This document shows, one piece after another, positions 1 through 10,179 of a DNA stretch of 33,433 nt. Both the position numbers and the translations under genes were made by a program. Position 1 is the stretch's first letter. Every line of letters begins with the position of its first letter. The DNA lies in the sequence record DRR723986_1798; one strand, 5' to 3'. The notes beneath the pieces are model-generated. The model was not told where the DNA came from and did not search any database. It was given only the letters and a program-made list of their open reading frames with translations.

Positions 1-1
1 A

Positions 2-715
2 GCGACTGGTGAATTCTGCAAGTTTCTATTCAGCGATGACAAACTGATGCCTGATTGTTTGAGCAAGATGGTGGGCGTGATGAAAACCACAAACTGTGGG
101 GTTGTAGTGAGTTCGGTATTGGTAGGCACCGACGAGAGCTCGGCTGCAATTTATTACAAACAGAAACACCTGAGACAGATAAGCCACCCCGAGTATCTGA
201 ACGATGTTCTTTTAGACGGTAGCCTACCTGTCAGCCCGGGGGCTACACTTTTAGGAACTGGGCTGGCTCGTACCACTTTAAAAACAGATTTTCCTACCCT
301 CACAAAACGTCGATATGCCTCCCATGGTGCAGGGCCAGATTTAATGCTTATTCTGAGTGCAGTGCATTCTAATACTGCAATTACAATCGATGAACCCCTA
401 AACTTTTTTCGAGCACATCCTGACTCACTTACCCTGAGCAAAATGAAAACAGAGGTTAGCGACAGCTACCGAAGCGTTATAGCTTGGGTACTTCAAAACG
501 AATATTCACAAAAACAACGCGACAGATATATCGCCCTAGAATGGCTGAGGCAAATCAACCTTCAAAGAAAATTTATCTCGTTGACTACATTTAGCAAGGA
601 GTACGAGGGCAAAGGAGGATTGTTTGAAACCACTACTTTGACAATAGAAGCGTTCCGGTACTTACTGCACAAGATGTTGAGACAACCTACCCCATCTTTA
701 CTAAAACCCGAGTGA
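2..715 (+). CDS. Glycosyltransferase family 2, 5'-truncated by the window edge
   Basis: The frame is open from base 2 and reads ATGEFCKFLFSDDKLMPDCL, a GT-A DxD-region motif (FSDD), upstream of the tracked Met at 47. A later GPDL motif and FFRAH segment fit GT2. Convergent with the main glycan operon. Confidence 0.75.
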   Translation, partial: ATGEFCKFLFSDDKLMPDCLSKMVGVMKTTNCGVVVSSVLVGTDESSAAIYYKQKHLRQISHPEYLNDVLLDGSLPVSPGATLLGTGLARTTLKTDFPTLTKRRYASHGAGPDLMLILSAVHSNTAITIDEPLNFFRAHPDSLTLSKMKTEVSDSYRSVIAWVLQNEYSQKQRDRYIALEWLRQINLQRKFISLTTFSKEYEGKGGLFETTTLTIEAFRYLLHKMLRQPTPSLLKPE

Positions 716-722
716 AATCAGG

Positions 723-1523
723 TTAGAGAAAGCAACGCTTCACGAATTTAAGCATCGAGAACACTGAAACTACGGAGTAGAGAAGGATATTGATATGACC
801 GGCTCGATATAAATCAGTAAAAACTGCAAGCTCTCCTTTCTGCATTAACCACAAATTCGCAGACAAACCCGATGCACCGTATGCATTTTTGTACATGAAG
901 GTATGACGGTGATTGGTGTGAAAACACTCATATCCAGAGAACGCAATTCTAAGCCACAAGTCATAGTCCTCGCAGTACCTGCCAGTTGCAGAAAATCTCA
1001 CAGGAATGCTGCGTCTTAGAAAAACACTGGGTGTTGAAAAGCAGTTTGAGAAAAGAAGACGCTGTGGCGCGATTTGTCGGAATACATATTTATCTTCTGA
1101 ATTTGAATCAGCGTCGAGTGAAGCACTATCTGATAGACACCAAGCCGCATGACCTAAAAAAGAGGCAGCGGGGTGGCGCTCCATCCAGGTGTATTGAGTT
1201 TCGATTTTAACGGGATGCCAGGAATCGTCGGAGTCGAGAAAAGCAATGTAGGTCTGAGTAGCATGATCCCAGCCGATGTTTCTCGCCTTCCCTGGCCCGC
1301 TGTTCTCATCCAGCTCAATAATCTTGATCCAACCGGGCTCGTAGTCATTAATCAATTGGCGCAGCAACTCCACCGATTCATCACCACTACAATCATCGAC
1401 AATGATAACTTCTCGAGGTCGCATAGTCTGGTTGGCCACAGAATGCAGCGCTCGAGCTATTGTCGCACCAGATCTGAAGAAGGGAATGACAACACTAACC
1501 GACACGAAAGTCTGAGAATTCAT
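723..1523 (-). CDS. Glycosyltransferase family 2
   Basis: VSVVIP, IIVDDCSGD, NSGPGKARNIG, AFLDSDDSW and EDYDLWLR motifs. 4-bp ATGA overlap with the upstream gene. Confidence 0.93.
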   Translation of the reverse strand: MNSQTFVSVSVVIPFFRSGATIARALHSVANQTMRPREVIIVDDCSGDESVELLRQLINDYEPGWIKIIELDENSGPGKARNIGWDHATQTYIAFLDSDDSWHPVKIETQYTWMERHPAASFLGHAAWCLSDSASLDADSNSEDKYVFRQIAPQRLLFSNCFSTPSVFLRRSIPVRFSATGRYCEDYDLWLRIAFSGYECFHTNHRHTFMYKNAYGASGLSANLWLMQKGELAVFTDLYRAGHINILLYSVVSVFSMLKFVKRCFL

Positions 1524-2386
1524 TTTCTTTTCGTCCAGTTATTTTGTCGACCTACTATTTTGTTCAAGAAATCTAAAACCGGTCTTGATCGATCATCCCC
1601 AAAAATTCTAAATATAACAATCCGAATCCACACCCTTGATTTAAGTAACAGAGAGTGCAACGTTACTTTTCTCAACCCATTCTTTTCCCGCGCTAGCTCA
1701 CATTCCTTTATAGAAAGAATTGCATTTCTCGGGTTGGAACTTACACCTTCAACTCGCATGTTGGACACGACAATATTTTCTAGAAACCTAGCGGTTGTGC
1801 GTTGAAGTAGCCGAATGCAAAGTTCATAATCGCCAGCAATTCTGAAACCTGTATCAAAGCCCCCCCACTTTTGAATGGCCTCTGTTCGCACGAAAAGGCC
1901 GGGATGCGGAATCGCCATCTTGTAGGTCATTTCAAACCGGGTGCGCTCCCAATTACCGCCGACCTTTTGCAAAAGCTGCTCATCATTTGTGATTAGATTA
2001 ATTGATCCATACACCATTGAAACAGATGGGTCGCATTCGTTTAACGTTGCTGCGCAAGCCGTGAGAGTCTGAGAATCAAGAAGATAGTCATCGGCATTGA
2101 CGAAAATTATCCACTCCCCTTTCGCCAAATTAATGCCTTTGTTCATCGCGTCATAGATTCCCCTGTCTTTTTCAGAGAGCCAATTATCGATTTGTTCTTG
2201 ATATTTGGAAATGATTGTTAATGATTGGTCTGTGGAGCCCCCATCGATCACCAAGTACTCGAAGTGCGGATAATCTTGTTCAATAACACTGCGTATAGTC
2301 TGGTCAAGAAATTGCTCACCGTTGTAGACCACAGTCACCACTGTGATTAAAGGCCTTGATTCTTCGCGTTGTCTTTGATTATTCAT
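1520..2386 (-). CDS. Glycosyltransferase family 2 (WcaE/WfgS-like)
   Basis: ITVVTVVYN, VIDGGSTD, SEKDRGIYDAMNKG, FVNADD and IAGDYE motifs. Confidence 0.93.
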   Translation of the reverse strand: MNNQRQREESRPLITVVTVVYNGEQFLDQTIRSVIEQDYPHFEYLVIDGGSTDQSLTIISKYQEQIDNWLSEKDRGIYDAMNKGINLAKGEWIIFVNADDYLLDSQTLTACAATLNECDPSVSMVYGSINLITNDEQLLQKVGGNWERTRFEMTYKMAIPHPGLFVRTEAIQKWGGFDTGFRIAGDYELCIRLLQRTTARFLENIVVSNMRVEGVSSNPRNAILSIKECELAREKNGLRKVTLHSLLLKSRVWIRIVIFRIFGDDRSRPVLDFLNKIVGRQNNWTKRK

Positions 2387-4268
2387 TGCTATTGTTTGCC
2401 ACTTTCAACAGCAAGAGCCGTGCTTTGTCGCTTTGCCCTTCTTGTAGCAGAACGGCGAGTTCTTTTTGCATATTCAGAAAACTGATTCCGGGAAAAACCG
2501 AGTCATAAGCTTTCATAATTTTGGGATGCGCCGTTTTTTCTGCTCCAGCGTCATCAATTAGCAGTTCTTCGTACAACTTCTCGCCCGGGCGCAAACCGGT
2601 GAATTGGATTTCAATATCGCCTTTGCCATCTGCTGTTTTTTCAGTTAAGCCAGCAAGGCTGATCATTTTTTTGGCAAGGTCTACAATTTTGACGCTTTCG
2701 CCCATGTCGAGTAAAAACACTTCGCCGCCCTGCGCCATGCTGCCCGCCTGAATCACCAGCTCAACCGCCTCGTGAATGCTCATGAAAAAGCGGTTGATTT
2801 CGGGGTGGGTAACGGTGATTGGCCCGCCTTTCTGAATTTGCTCCTTGAACAGGGGAATGACGCTACCAGAAGAACCCAACACATTGCCGAAACGCACTGC
2901 GCAAAAAATGGTTTTGCCACTTTTGCCCTGCTGCTGAAGTGCGACCTGCTGAATAGCCAATTCGGCCCAACGCTTGGTAGAACCCATGACATTGGTAGGC
3001 CGAACCGCTTTGTCTGTAGAAATGAGCACAAAGGTTTCTGAACCAAATTCTGCTGCTGCTTGGGCAACGTTCTGCGTACCCAGGATATTGTTTTTCACGC
3101 CTTCGGAAATATTGCTTTCAACCAAAGGCACATGCTTGTGTGCTGCTGCGTGATAAACAGTTTGAACGTGGTGGGTTTTAAATACATACCGGATCAAATC
3201 CGCATCGGCCACCGACCCCAAACATGGGACCACAGGGCAAGCATTCAAACCTTCTACTTTGCGGTGAACCTGATACAACGAGGGCTCGCTGTGATCAAGC
3301 AAAATCAACTGCTTGGGCGAGAGTGCCGCAATTTGATGACTAAGCTCGGAGCCAATACTGCCACCCGCACCAGTGACCAACACCACTTTGCCGGTGATGC
3401 ATTTGTGAAGCAGTGCAGGGTCGGCCGCAATGGGGTCGCGACCCAGCAAGTCGCCCACATCCACCTCGCGAACCAAACTAACCAGGTTGCGACCGCTCAC
3501 AATGTCGCTTAAACCGGGGAGAATTCGCACCTTCAGGCGATGCTGCTCAAGCAACTCGACTACTTCGCGGCGCTTTTCGCTGCTGACATCGGGCAGGCAT
3601 ACAATAACGCTGGATACCTCGTAGTGTTCAATCAACCAAGGCAATTGATTCACGCTGTGTACGCGAAGGCCGCCAAGGTCTTTACCGACCAGGCTGGGGT
3701 TGTCGTCTACAAACGCGGCTGGAAACAGTTTGTCGCCTTGCAACAGGCTTGTAGCGAGTTGATGCCCTGCCTGACCTGCACCGAAAATTAAAATTTGTTC
3801 ATTGCCGTAACGCTTGCGAAGCGGCAACCACAAAAGCCATCGCGCGCCAAAACGCGTGGCCGCCACAAAACCGGTTGCCAGCATGAAATAAAGCAGGGGA
3901 ACCGAACGAGGCACGCCCTCAAGCCCGCGCATTTCAGTCATGAAGGCAACACCGGTCCACAACAGGGTTGCGATGCCCATTGATTTCACGATGGCCAACA
4001 GGGCCTGCTCGCCCACATAACGAATTACGGAGCGATAAAGGCCGTTGATCACGAAAATGGGTGCTGCAATAACCGGCGCAAGCAAAAACAACGCGAATTG
4101 CTCGGCAGAGGGCTCGTACCAATAGCCCAAGCGCAAACAATAAGCGCCCCACACTGCAAAGAACAAGCTGATGAAATCGACCGCAATGGTGATGATTTGC
4201 TTGGTGCTGCGTGGCAAGGCGGTTGCCACGCGCGACATGCGCACCGCGGCGTTGTTGGGTTTACTCAT
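2379..4268 (-). CDS. Membrane-bound UDP-GlcNAc 4,6-dehydratase (PglF/WbpM/CapD family)
   Basis: N-terminal transmembrane segments; IFGAGQAG; TGAGGSIGSEL; HAAAHKHVP; ISTDKAVRPTNVMGSTKR; VRFGNVLGSSGSV; GLRPGEKLYEEL. Confidence 0.95.
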   Translation of the reverse strand: MSKPNNAAVRMSRVATALPRSTKQIITIAVDFISLFFAVWGAYCLRLGYWYEPSAEQFALFLLAPVIAAPIFVINGLYRSVIRYVGEQALLAIVKSMGIATLLWTGVAFMTEMRGLEGVPRSVPLLYFMLATGFVAATRFGARWLLWLPLRKRYGNEQILIFGAGQAGHQLATSLLQGDKLFPAAFVDDNPSLVGKDLGGLRVHSVNQLPWLIEHYEVSSVIVCLPDVSSEKRREVVELLEQHRLKVRILPGLSDIVSGRNLVSLVREVDVGDLLGRDPIAADPALLHKCITGKVVLVTGAGGSIGSELSHQIAALSPKQLILLDHSEPSLYQVHRKVEGLNACPVVPCLGSVADADLIRYVFKTHHVQTVYHAAAHKHVPLVESNISEGVKNNILGTQNVAQAAAEFGSETFVLISTDKAVRPTNVMGSTKRWAELAIQQVALQQQGKSGKTIFCAVRFGNVLGSSGSVIPLFKEQIQKGGPITVTHPEINRFFMSIHEAVELVIQAGSMAQGGEVFLLDMGESVKIVDLAKKMISLAGLTEKTADGKGDIEIQFTGLRPGEKLYEELLIDDAGAEKTAHPKIMKAYDSVFPGISFLNMQKELAVLLQEGQSDKARLLLLKVANNSNE

Positions 4269-5443
4269 GGTTTGACCGCCTGCGCCATGACACGCTGAAG
4301 CACGCTACAGGTTTGATCAATGTGCTCAGCTGTCAAGGTTGGATGCACCAAGAACATGAGGCTTGTTTCGCCCAAACGCTGCGCGTTGGGCAATCTTTTT
4401 TCTGGCCTGAAGGGTGTTGAGTCAAATGCCTTTTCAAGATAAACCTCGCTACATGAACCCGAATAGCAAGGCACACCAAGTGCATTGATTTCAGCAAGAA
4501 TGCGATCGCGACTCCAGTCGGTTTTCAGTGCTGAAGGTTCGACGAACACATACGCTTTGTATGCAGCATGTTCTACGCCAGCGGGTACTTGTGGCACGCG
4601 CAAACCCGTGATTCGGGTGGCGTACTGCCAAATGCGCGTGGCGTGTTGCAAGCGTGTGGCATGCCACTGGGGCATACGGCGCAATTGAATTCGACCAATC
4701 ACGGCCTGAATTTCAAGCATGCGCCAGTTGGTACCGAAGCTTTCATGCAGCCAGCGGAAACCGGGAGGATGCTGCCGCTTATACACCGCATCGTAGCTTT
4801 TACCGTGGTCTTTCATTGACCAAACTCGATCCCAAAGCTCGGTGTTGTTGGTGGTCACCATGCCGCCCTCACCGCCGGTGGTCATGATTTTATCCTGGCA
4901 AAAAGACCAGGCCGCAATGTCGCCAAACGAGCCCACAGCCTGCCCATCTCGCAGGGCGCCATGCGCTTGCGCACAGTCTTCGATCAGGTACAGGTTTTCT
5001 GATTTCGCAATATCGGCCAGGCCTTTCATGTCGCAGGGCCAACCTGCAAGGTGAACACAGAGAATAGCCTTGGTTTTTTTGGTCAACACCGGCCTTACTG
5101 TGCAGGGACAAATATTTTGAGAATTGGGGCAAACATCGGCAAAAACTGGTGTTGCGCCTGCTTGCACAATACTACTGACGGATGCGAGAAATGTACGAGA
5201 AGTAACAATGACTTCATCACCTGGGCCGATGCTCAATGCTTTTAAAGCAGCATCCAGCGCCAAGGTGCCATTGGCCAGGGCAACGGCGTGCCGGGTTTGA
5301 GAGAATGCCGCAAACTCAGACTCGAAATGCCGACATTCCTGCCCGGTCCAATAATTGACTCGATTACTCAGCAGCGTATCGCGAATAGCATCTGCTTCTT
5401 CGATGGTGAAACTGGGCCAGGATGGAAATGAAGTATCAAGCAT
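4265..5443 (-). CDS. DegT/DnrJ/EryC1/StrS sugar aminotransferase (PglE-like role)
   Basis: NGTLAL, IEDCAQAHGA and SFCQDKIMTTGGEGGM (PLP lysine). 4-bp overlap with the dehydratase. Confidence 0.95.
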   Translation of the reverse strand: MLDTSFPSWPSFTIEEADAIRDTLLSNRVNYWTGQECRHFESEFAAFSQTRHAVALANGTLALDAALKALSIGPGDEVIVTSRTFLASVSSIVQAGATPVFADVCPNSQNICPCTVRPVLTKKTKAILCVHLAGWPCDMKGLADIAKSENLYLIEDCAQAHGALRDGQAVGSFGDIAAWSFCQDKIMTTGGEGGMVTTNNTELWDRVWSMKDHGKSYDAVYKRQHPPGFRWLHESFGTNWRMLEIQAVIGRIQLRRMPQWHATRLQHATRIWQYATRITGLRVPQVPAGVEHAAYKAYVFVEPSALKTDWSRDRILAEINALGVPCYSGSCSEVYLEKAFDSTPFRPEKRLPNAQRLGETSLMFLVHPTLTAEHIDQTCSVLQRVMAQAVKP

Positions 5444-5445
5444 GT

Positions 5446-6084
5446 TTAAACCTTCGGCCGCGCGGGGTTACCCATGACCACCGCGCCAGCAGGAACACTT
5501 TTTGTGACCACAGCACCCATACCCACCACTGCGCCACGACCGATTATAATTGGCTTACCCGGCAACCCCTGTTTGATGAGGGCGCCTGTACCAATGTAGG
5601 CATGATCTTCGATCACAACATTGCCGTTGCAATGAACACTGGGTGCGAATGTGACGAAGTTGCCGATAATGCAATCGTGCTCTACATAGCTGTATAAATT
5701 AGCGTGAAAATGTTTGCCGATTTTGATGTTGCTGGTAAGGGTCACGAAGGGGCTGAGTATCGCGCCCTCTGCAATTTCCACTTCATCCATCTCAACCACG
5801 TTGTGCGCGCGCGCCTGCACAAAACCGATACCGTCAGATGTACAACGAAGGGCGAGCTTTTCCCGAATGGCGGAGTTGGCAATGGCCAAACACACTTTTT
5901 TGCAGGGCGCGGGATGCTTTAAAAACTCGGCATAGGTAAGGCAAGCATGACCGTTGAGTACTTCTGCGGGTGGGTTGTCATCGACAAACACCAATTCGGC
6001 GCTTTGCGCATGCTGTGCACGAAGCAAAGGCATGACTCCCCTGCCGCAACCGCTCGCTCCGTAAACACCAATCAAATTTGCCAT
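5446..6084 (-). CDS. Sugar N/O-acetyltransferase, PglD/NeuD family (left-handed beta-helix)
   Basis: GVYGASGCG N-domain, catalytic VEHDC, hexapeptide repeats and C-terminal GNPAR. Confidence 0.92.
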   Translation of the reverse strand: MANLIGVYGASGCGRGVMPLLRAQHAQSAELVFVDDNPPAEVLNGHACLTYAEFLKHPAPCKKVCLAIANSAIREKLALRCTSDGIGFVQARAHNVVEMDEVEIAEGAILSPFVTLTSNIKIGKHFHANLYSYVEHDCIIGNFVTFAPSVHCNGNVVIEDHAYIGTGALIKQGLPGKPIIIGRGAVVGMGAVVTKSVPAGAVVMGNPARPKV

Positions 6085-6085
6085 A

Positions 6086-6682
6086 TCAATTTTTTCCTGA
6101 CCCGGTGAATTTGCTGACCGTGGCCTGACCTTCTTGCTGAATACCCTCGCGCCTCAACACTTTGGCTGCCGTGAGGACAATAATTTTCATGTCGAACCAA
6201 AACGATTGATGATCGACGTAATACACATCAAGCTGAAAGCGGGTTTCCCAATCAATTGCATTGCGACCATTAATTTGCGCCCAACCGGTAACCCCCGGCC
6301 GAACTTCGTGCCTCCGGTATTGCTCGGGGGTGTACAAAGGCAAATATTCCATCAATAAGGGCCGGGGCCCGACCAAACTCATGTCACCTTTAAGAACATT
6401 CCACAACTCGGGCAGCTCATCCAGGCTAGTAGAGCGCAATAATGCGCCAAATGAGGTTAAGCGGTCAGCATCGGGCAGGTAATTGCCCGATTCATCTTTT
6501 TGTTCAGTCAAGGTTCGAAACTTGACCATTTTAAAAGGTTTGCCATGCAAGCCGGGACGAATTTGAGTGAAAAAGATAGGACTTCCCAGCTTTGTACGTA
6601 CCAATAACGCCACAAGCAGCAAAATTGGGCTAAACGCCAGCAATACAGAAAAGGAAACGATGACATCGAATATCCGCTTCAT
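6086..6682 (-). CDS. Undecaprenyl-phosphate phosphoglycosyltransferase (PglC/ItrA-like small monotopic PGT)
   Basis: MKRIFD, FxQxRPG, KFRT, SLDELPELWNVLKGDMSLVGPRP and PGVTGWAQINGRN. Confidence 0.95.
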   Translation of the reverse strand: MKRIFDVIVSFSVLLAFSPILLLVALLVRTKLGSPIFFTQIRPGLHGKPFKMVKFRTLTEQKDESGNYLPDADRLTSFGALLRSTSLDELPELWNVLKGDMSLVGPRPLLMEYLPLYTPEQYRRHEVRPGVTGWAQINGRNAIDWETRFQLDVYYVDHQSFWFDMKIIVLTAAKVLRREGIQQEGQATVSKFTGSGKN

Positions 6683-7812
6683 GACTGCGCCACCAAAAAA
6701 TTGACCAAAAATGTGGAGACAGCGTGCTGGGAAAATTGAACCATGGCACGTTTCTGCGCTGCTTCACCCATTAATTGTCGCTTGTCAGGATTGGTGGACA
6801 GGAACAACATTGCTTCCGCAAGTTGGTTTGCATTGCGAACCGGAACCAGCAATCCGGTTTCTCCATCCACTACAGCATCGGAAAGGCCATAAATGTTGGT
6901 GGCCACCGTTGGTGTGCCGCAGGCAGCAGCTTCGATAACCACGGTTCCGAACCCTTCGCGATAGCTTGGCAACACGAACACATCTGCCGCGGCCATGTAG
7001 GCTTCGGGCTGACTGGTTTTACCTGCAAAGCGAACCTTTGGGTGGTGTATGGTCGTTTGCTCAATATTTTCTTCATCGGGCCCAACCACCAGCAAGGAAC
7101 TTGCCGGGAATTGTTTGTTGACCTGCTCGAAGGCCTGAAGCAATTCGCTGATACCTTTGTCGCGGGTTAAACGCCCCACAAACACAAACAAAATATCGTC
7201 TTCGGGCACACCATGCTTTTGACGCACAGCCAGCAGATTGACAGCCGCGGGTGAAAAGCGTTGGGAGTCAACGCCGGAAATGGATCCCTTATGAATGCAG
7301 CGAATACGTCCTTTGGGCGCGATTCTTTCACTTTCCAGAAAATCAATTTGACTTTGACTGTCAGCCAAGGGGGCTGTGGTGATGGTGGCGATAAGGCGAT
7401 CAAGCGCCTTCAAGGCAAACCTGACAAACCCTGTGCGTGTTGCCCACACTTGGCCGGTAAAAATATGAACACGCACTGGAATGTGATTGAACCAGCCCGA
7501 CAATGCACCCAACAGACCTGCTTTTGGCGTGACAGTGAGCATGACTTGAGGTGACAACTTGCGAACCAGACGGATCATGGCCAGCAGACAGGTCAGATCA
7601 CTAAACAATGAAGGCTTTCTGCGAATCGGCAAATTGACGAATCCCAATGCCGACAAGGCGGGGTACTTTTCTATAAATGCCTGCCATTCATTGTTCAAGT
7701 TCGGAAACATGACTGTGATATCAAACCGCTCCGAAAGGTATTTGAGGTGTGTGATCAAGAATGCATCGATGGTGAGTGGAGAGGCCACAACCACAAGCAA
7801 CTTGGGTTTCAT
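6679..7812 (-). CDS. Glycosyltransferase family 4 (PglA/CapM-like)
   Basis: TPKAGLLG, FVGRLTRDKG, PSYREGFG...EAAACG (EX7E) and DGETGLLV. Confidence 0.93.
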   Translation of the reverse strand: MKPKLLVVVASPLTIDAFLITHLKYLSERFDITVMFPNLNNEWQAFIEKYPALSALGFVNLPIRRKPSLFSDLTCLLAMIRLVRKLSPQVMLTVTPKAGLLGALSGWFNHIPVRVHIFTGQVWATRTGFVRFALKALDRLIATITTAPLADSQSQIDFLESERIAPKGRIRCIHKGSISGVDSQRFSPAAVNLLAVRQKHGVPEDDILFVFVGRLTRDKGISELLQAFEQVNKQFPASSLLVVGPDEENIEQTTIHHPKVRFAGKTSQPEAYMAAADVFVLPSYREGFGTVVIEAAACGTPTVATNIYGLSDAVVDGETGLLVPVRNANQLAEAMLFLSTNPDKRQLMGEAAQKRAMVQFSQHAVSTFLVNFLVAQS

Positions 7813-9047
7813 TGCTTTACCTTTGATTGATCTATGTTCAAACTAGCTGCCAAAAACCCGGAAATCAGAATCATGTAGAGCGTGCGCTCGGCACTGTCGA
7901 GCAAGAATGAATTGAACAAATTGCCAAAAGCAAACACTGCGAACAAGGCCGTACTGGCCAACCTGGCGGGTTCAATCAAGCTGTAAATCGACATGTAGTG
8001 TGCTGTCAACATGGCAAGAAACAACAATGGCCCGATTAGCCCTATTTGTGTCAACAACAAGAAGAACTGGTTGTGGGGGTTGTTGTGAGGTGGTACGCCC
8101 ATAGGCTCAGCATGTTTTAAAAATTCGGATGGGTAAGCACCCACGCCAGCGCCAACAACAGGATGTTCCTGAAAAATTTGCAGGCTGATGTACCACCAGC
8201 TTAAACGAGCACCCATGTCGGTATTTTCGTACTTGTCAGGATTCCAGGTAACCACTTCATTGTAGGTTTTATCAACACGGCTACTGACGGTTTCGGAACC
8301 GAAGTAAGCCACATTCGCAACAATTGCAACCACGGCGATTGCGATCAACCCTCCCTTCCAGCTGAATTTCATAAACAGATAAACAAGCAGGGGCAGCACC
8401 AAAGACACGTAGCCTATGCGAGCGTGCGTCATGTTCAAAAGATTGAACACAGTAAGAACAGTGAAAACTGTGGCCAAGGCAAGCAACTTCTTTTTACTGG
8501 CGGAATTTGCTTCGCCGATTGCCAACGCCCACGAAAAATACAGACCCAGACACAGCACGATGGATTGAGTGGTGTGCAGTTTAAAAACCGTGGGATAGGA
8601 GGGGTCCACCAGCGGAAACGCATTCAGCAACACCGGTACTTCGAGCCAAATTCCGTACGAGAGTAACAAGGTTAGCCAGGCCGAGAGAACAAAAGCAAAC
8701 AGCACCTGCCGGATCGCTTTGGGATAAACGAGAAACAAACCGAATATAAAGGGTGCCATGAGCAAGGTTGAATATTTGCTCAGGTAGTGCATTGAATCAT
8801 CAAGACTGCCCTTAGACCAGGCAAGGCTGAGCCAAAGCAGGCCGGCTAGAACAACACCAAGCACGAGAAGCGGCTGCCGCATGGCCACTTTAAGCCTGGA
8901 CATTAAACCTGGAACCGCGACCGAGGCAATCAACGCCAACAGTAAAAATACATTGCTTGGACCAGGGGCGATCGGCAAAAAAAACGCCGCCCCCGCCAGA
9001 AACCAGGCTGGGTTGATTCGCTGAACAAAGTTCAAACCCACCCCCAC
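7809..9047 (-). CDS. O-antigen ligase family (Wzy_C) membrane protein: WaaL or oligosaccharyltransferase
   Basis: Many hydrophobic helices; periplasmic MGARLSWW...HPVVGAGVG...PHNQFFLLLTQIGLIG motif. The GTG start is uncertain and overlaps the upstream gene by 16 bp. Confidence 0.85.
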   Translation of the reverse strand: MGVGLNFVQRINPAWFLAGAAFFLPIAPGPSNVFLLLALIASVAVPGLMSRLKVAMRQPLLVLGVVLAGLLWLSLAWSKGSLDDSMHYLSKYSTLLMAPFIFGLFLVYPKAIRQVLFAFVLSAWLTLLLSYGIWLEVPVLLNAFPLVDPSYPTVFKLHTTQSIVLCLGLYFSWALAIGEANSASKKKLLALATVFTVLTVFNLLNMTHARIGYVSLVLPLLVYLFMKFSWKGGLIAIAVVAIVANVAYFGSETVSSRVDKTYNEVVTWNPDKYENTDMGARLSWWYISLQIFQEHPVVGAGVGAYPSEFLKHAEPMGVPPHNNPHNQFFLLLTQIGLIGPLLFLAMLTAHYMSIYSLIEPARLASTALFAVFAFGNLFNSFLLDSAERTLYMILISGFLAASLNIDQSKVKQ

Positions 9048-10114
9048 CGTTGCCAGTGCATTTTCAAAAATGCATAAGTCACCGGCGCGGTAATCAGCCC
9101 CGGCAAGCCAAAAGCCACTTCACCGAGAATGATGGCAATCAGCATTTCAGGCACGCTGGCGCGCACATTGCGGCCAATGATGTAGCCGTTCACAAAATAC
9201 TCAAGCTTGTGAATGATGAACAAATACATGACCGAGCCCAGGGCCACAAAAACGCCGTAGCGAATGGTAAGGACCAGAATAAGGGTGTTGGCCATGATGT
9301 TGCCGGCTGCAGGAATAAGGCTGGCCACGGCGGTGAACATGAGCAACAGCTCACGGAAAGGAAGCACCACATCAAACGCGGGCAAAATGCCGTAAATAAA
9401 CACGGCCGTGCAGAAAGTGTTCCAGATGCTGACATACACCTGTGCGCCCATCAGCAGCGTGAAGCAGCGTACGTAACGCTCAAGGGTTTCGAGCCAGGCG
9501 TCAGCCAAAGGCTTGGAGGGCCCACCCGCCGCTGGTGAGGGCACCATGAGCGCCGCGGAGACACCGAGAATAAGGGCAAACACAAATTGCAGGAAAATGA
9601 AGAAACTGGCGCCGCCGAAGCTGCGGATGTAGCCCACGAAGTCGCTGTCGTCTTTGCTGATCATGCGAAACAATTCGCTGGGTTTGCCCGGTATGTGTTC
9701 CTTAATGGCCTGCGGCAGGCTGGCGGTGACCGAATTCAGATTGCGCAGCGCCTCCTCAACCAGCTGGGGGCCTTGCTGGGTCATGGTGGCCAGTACAAAG
9801 CGAACGCCGCTGTTTAAACCAATGCCCAGCAATACGATGGCTGCTGCCACCACTGCGGTGGTTAAAAAGGTGGGCAACCAGCCAAACAGGCCTCGCATGA
9901 AGCGGCCCTTGAATTTGTTGATGTGTGGCTGCAACAGGCGCACAAAGCCACGGCGGGTAAAGCGGGTAAGGGCAAATATGGCGAGACCTGCGATGAGCCC
10001 AACCCCGATTTTGAGGCTCAACATGCTGACCCAAATGGCCAAAATGCCAACTACGGACGCATATTCCCAACGAAGGGTGGTGTGTTCTTGATGCTGCGGT
10101 ACTGGGCTGGGCAT
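9032..10114 (-). CDS. AI-2E family (PerM/TqsA-like) transporter
   Basis: Polytopic membrane protein with ASLIPAAGN, IHKLEYFVNGYIIG and FGLPGLITAPVTYA motifs. Confidence 0.8.
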   Translation of the reverse strand: MPSPVPQHQEHTTLRWEYASVVGILAIWVSMLSLKIGVGLIAGLAIFALTRFTRRGFVRLLQPHINKFKGRFMRGLFGWLPTFLTTAVVAAAIVLLGIGLNSGVRFVLATMTQQGPQLVEEALRNLNSVTASLPQAIKEHIPGKPSELFRMISKDDSDFVGYIRSFGGASFFIFLQFVFALILGVSAALMVPSPAAGGPSKPLADAWLETLERYVRCFTLLMGAQVYVSIWNTFCTAVFIYGILPAFDVVLPFRELLLMFTAVASLIPAAGNIMANTLILVLTIRYGVFVALGSVMYLFIIHKLEYFVNGYIIGRNVRASVPEMLIAIILGEVAFGLPGLITAPVTYAFLKMHWQRWGWV

Positions 10115-10179
10115 TTGGATTCTTGGCTGATTGTTGGTTGGGGTATGACCAAGTGATTCCCGATTCTATCCCAACTTTT

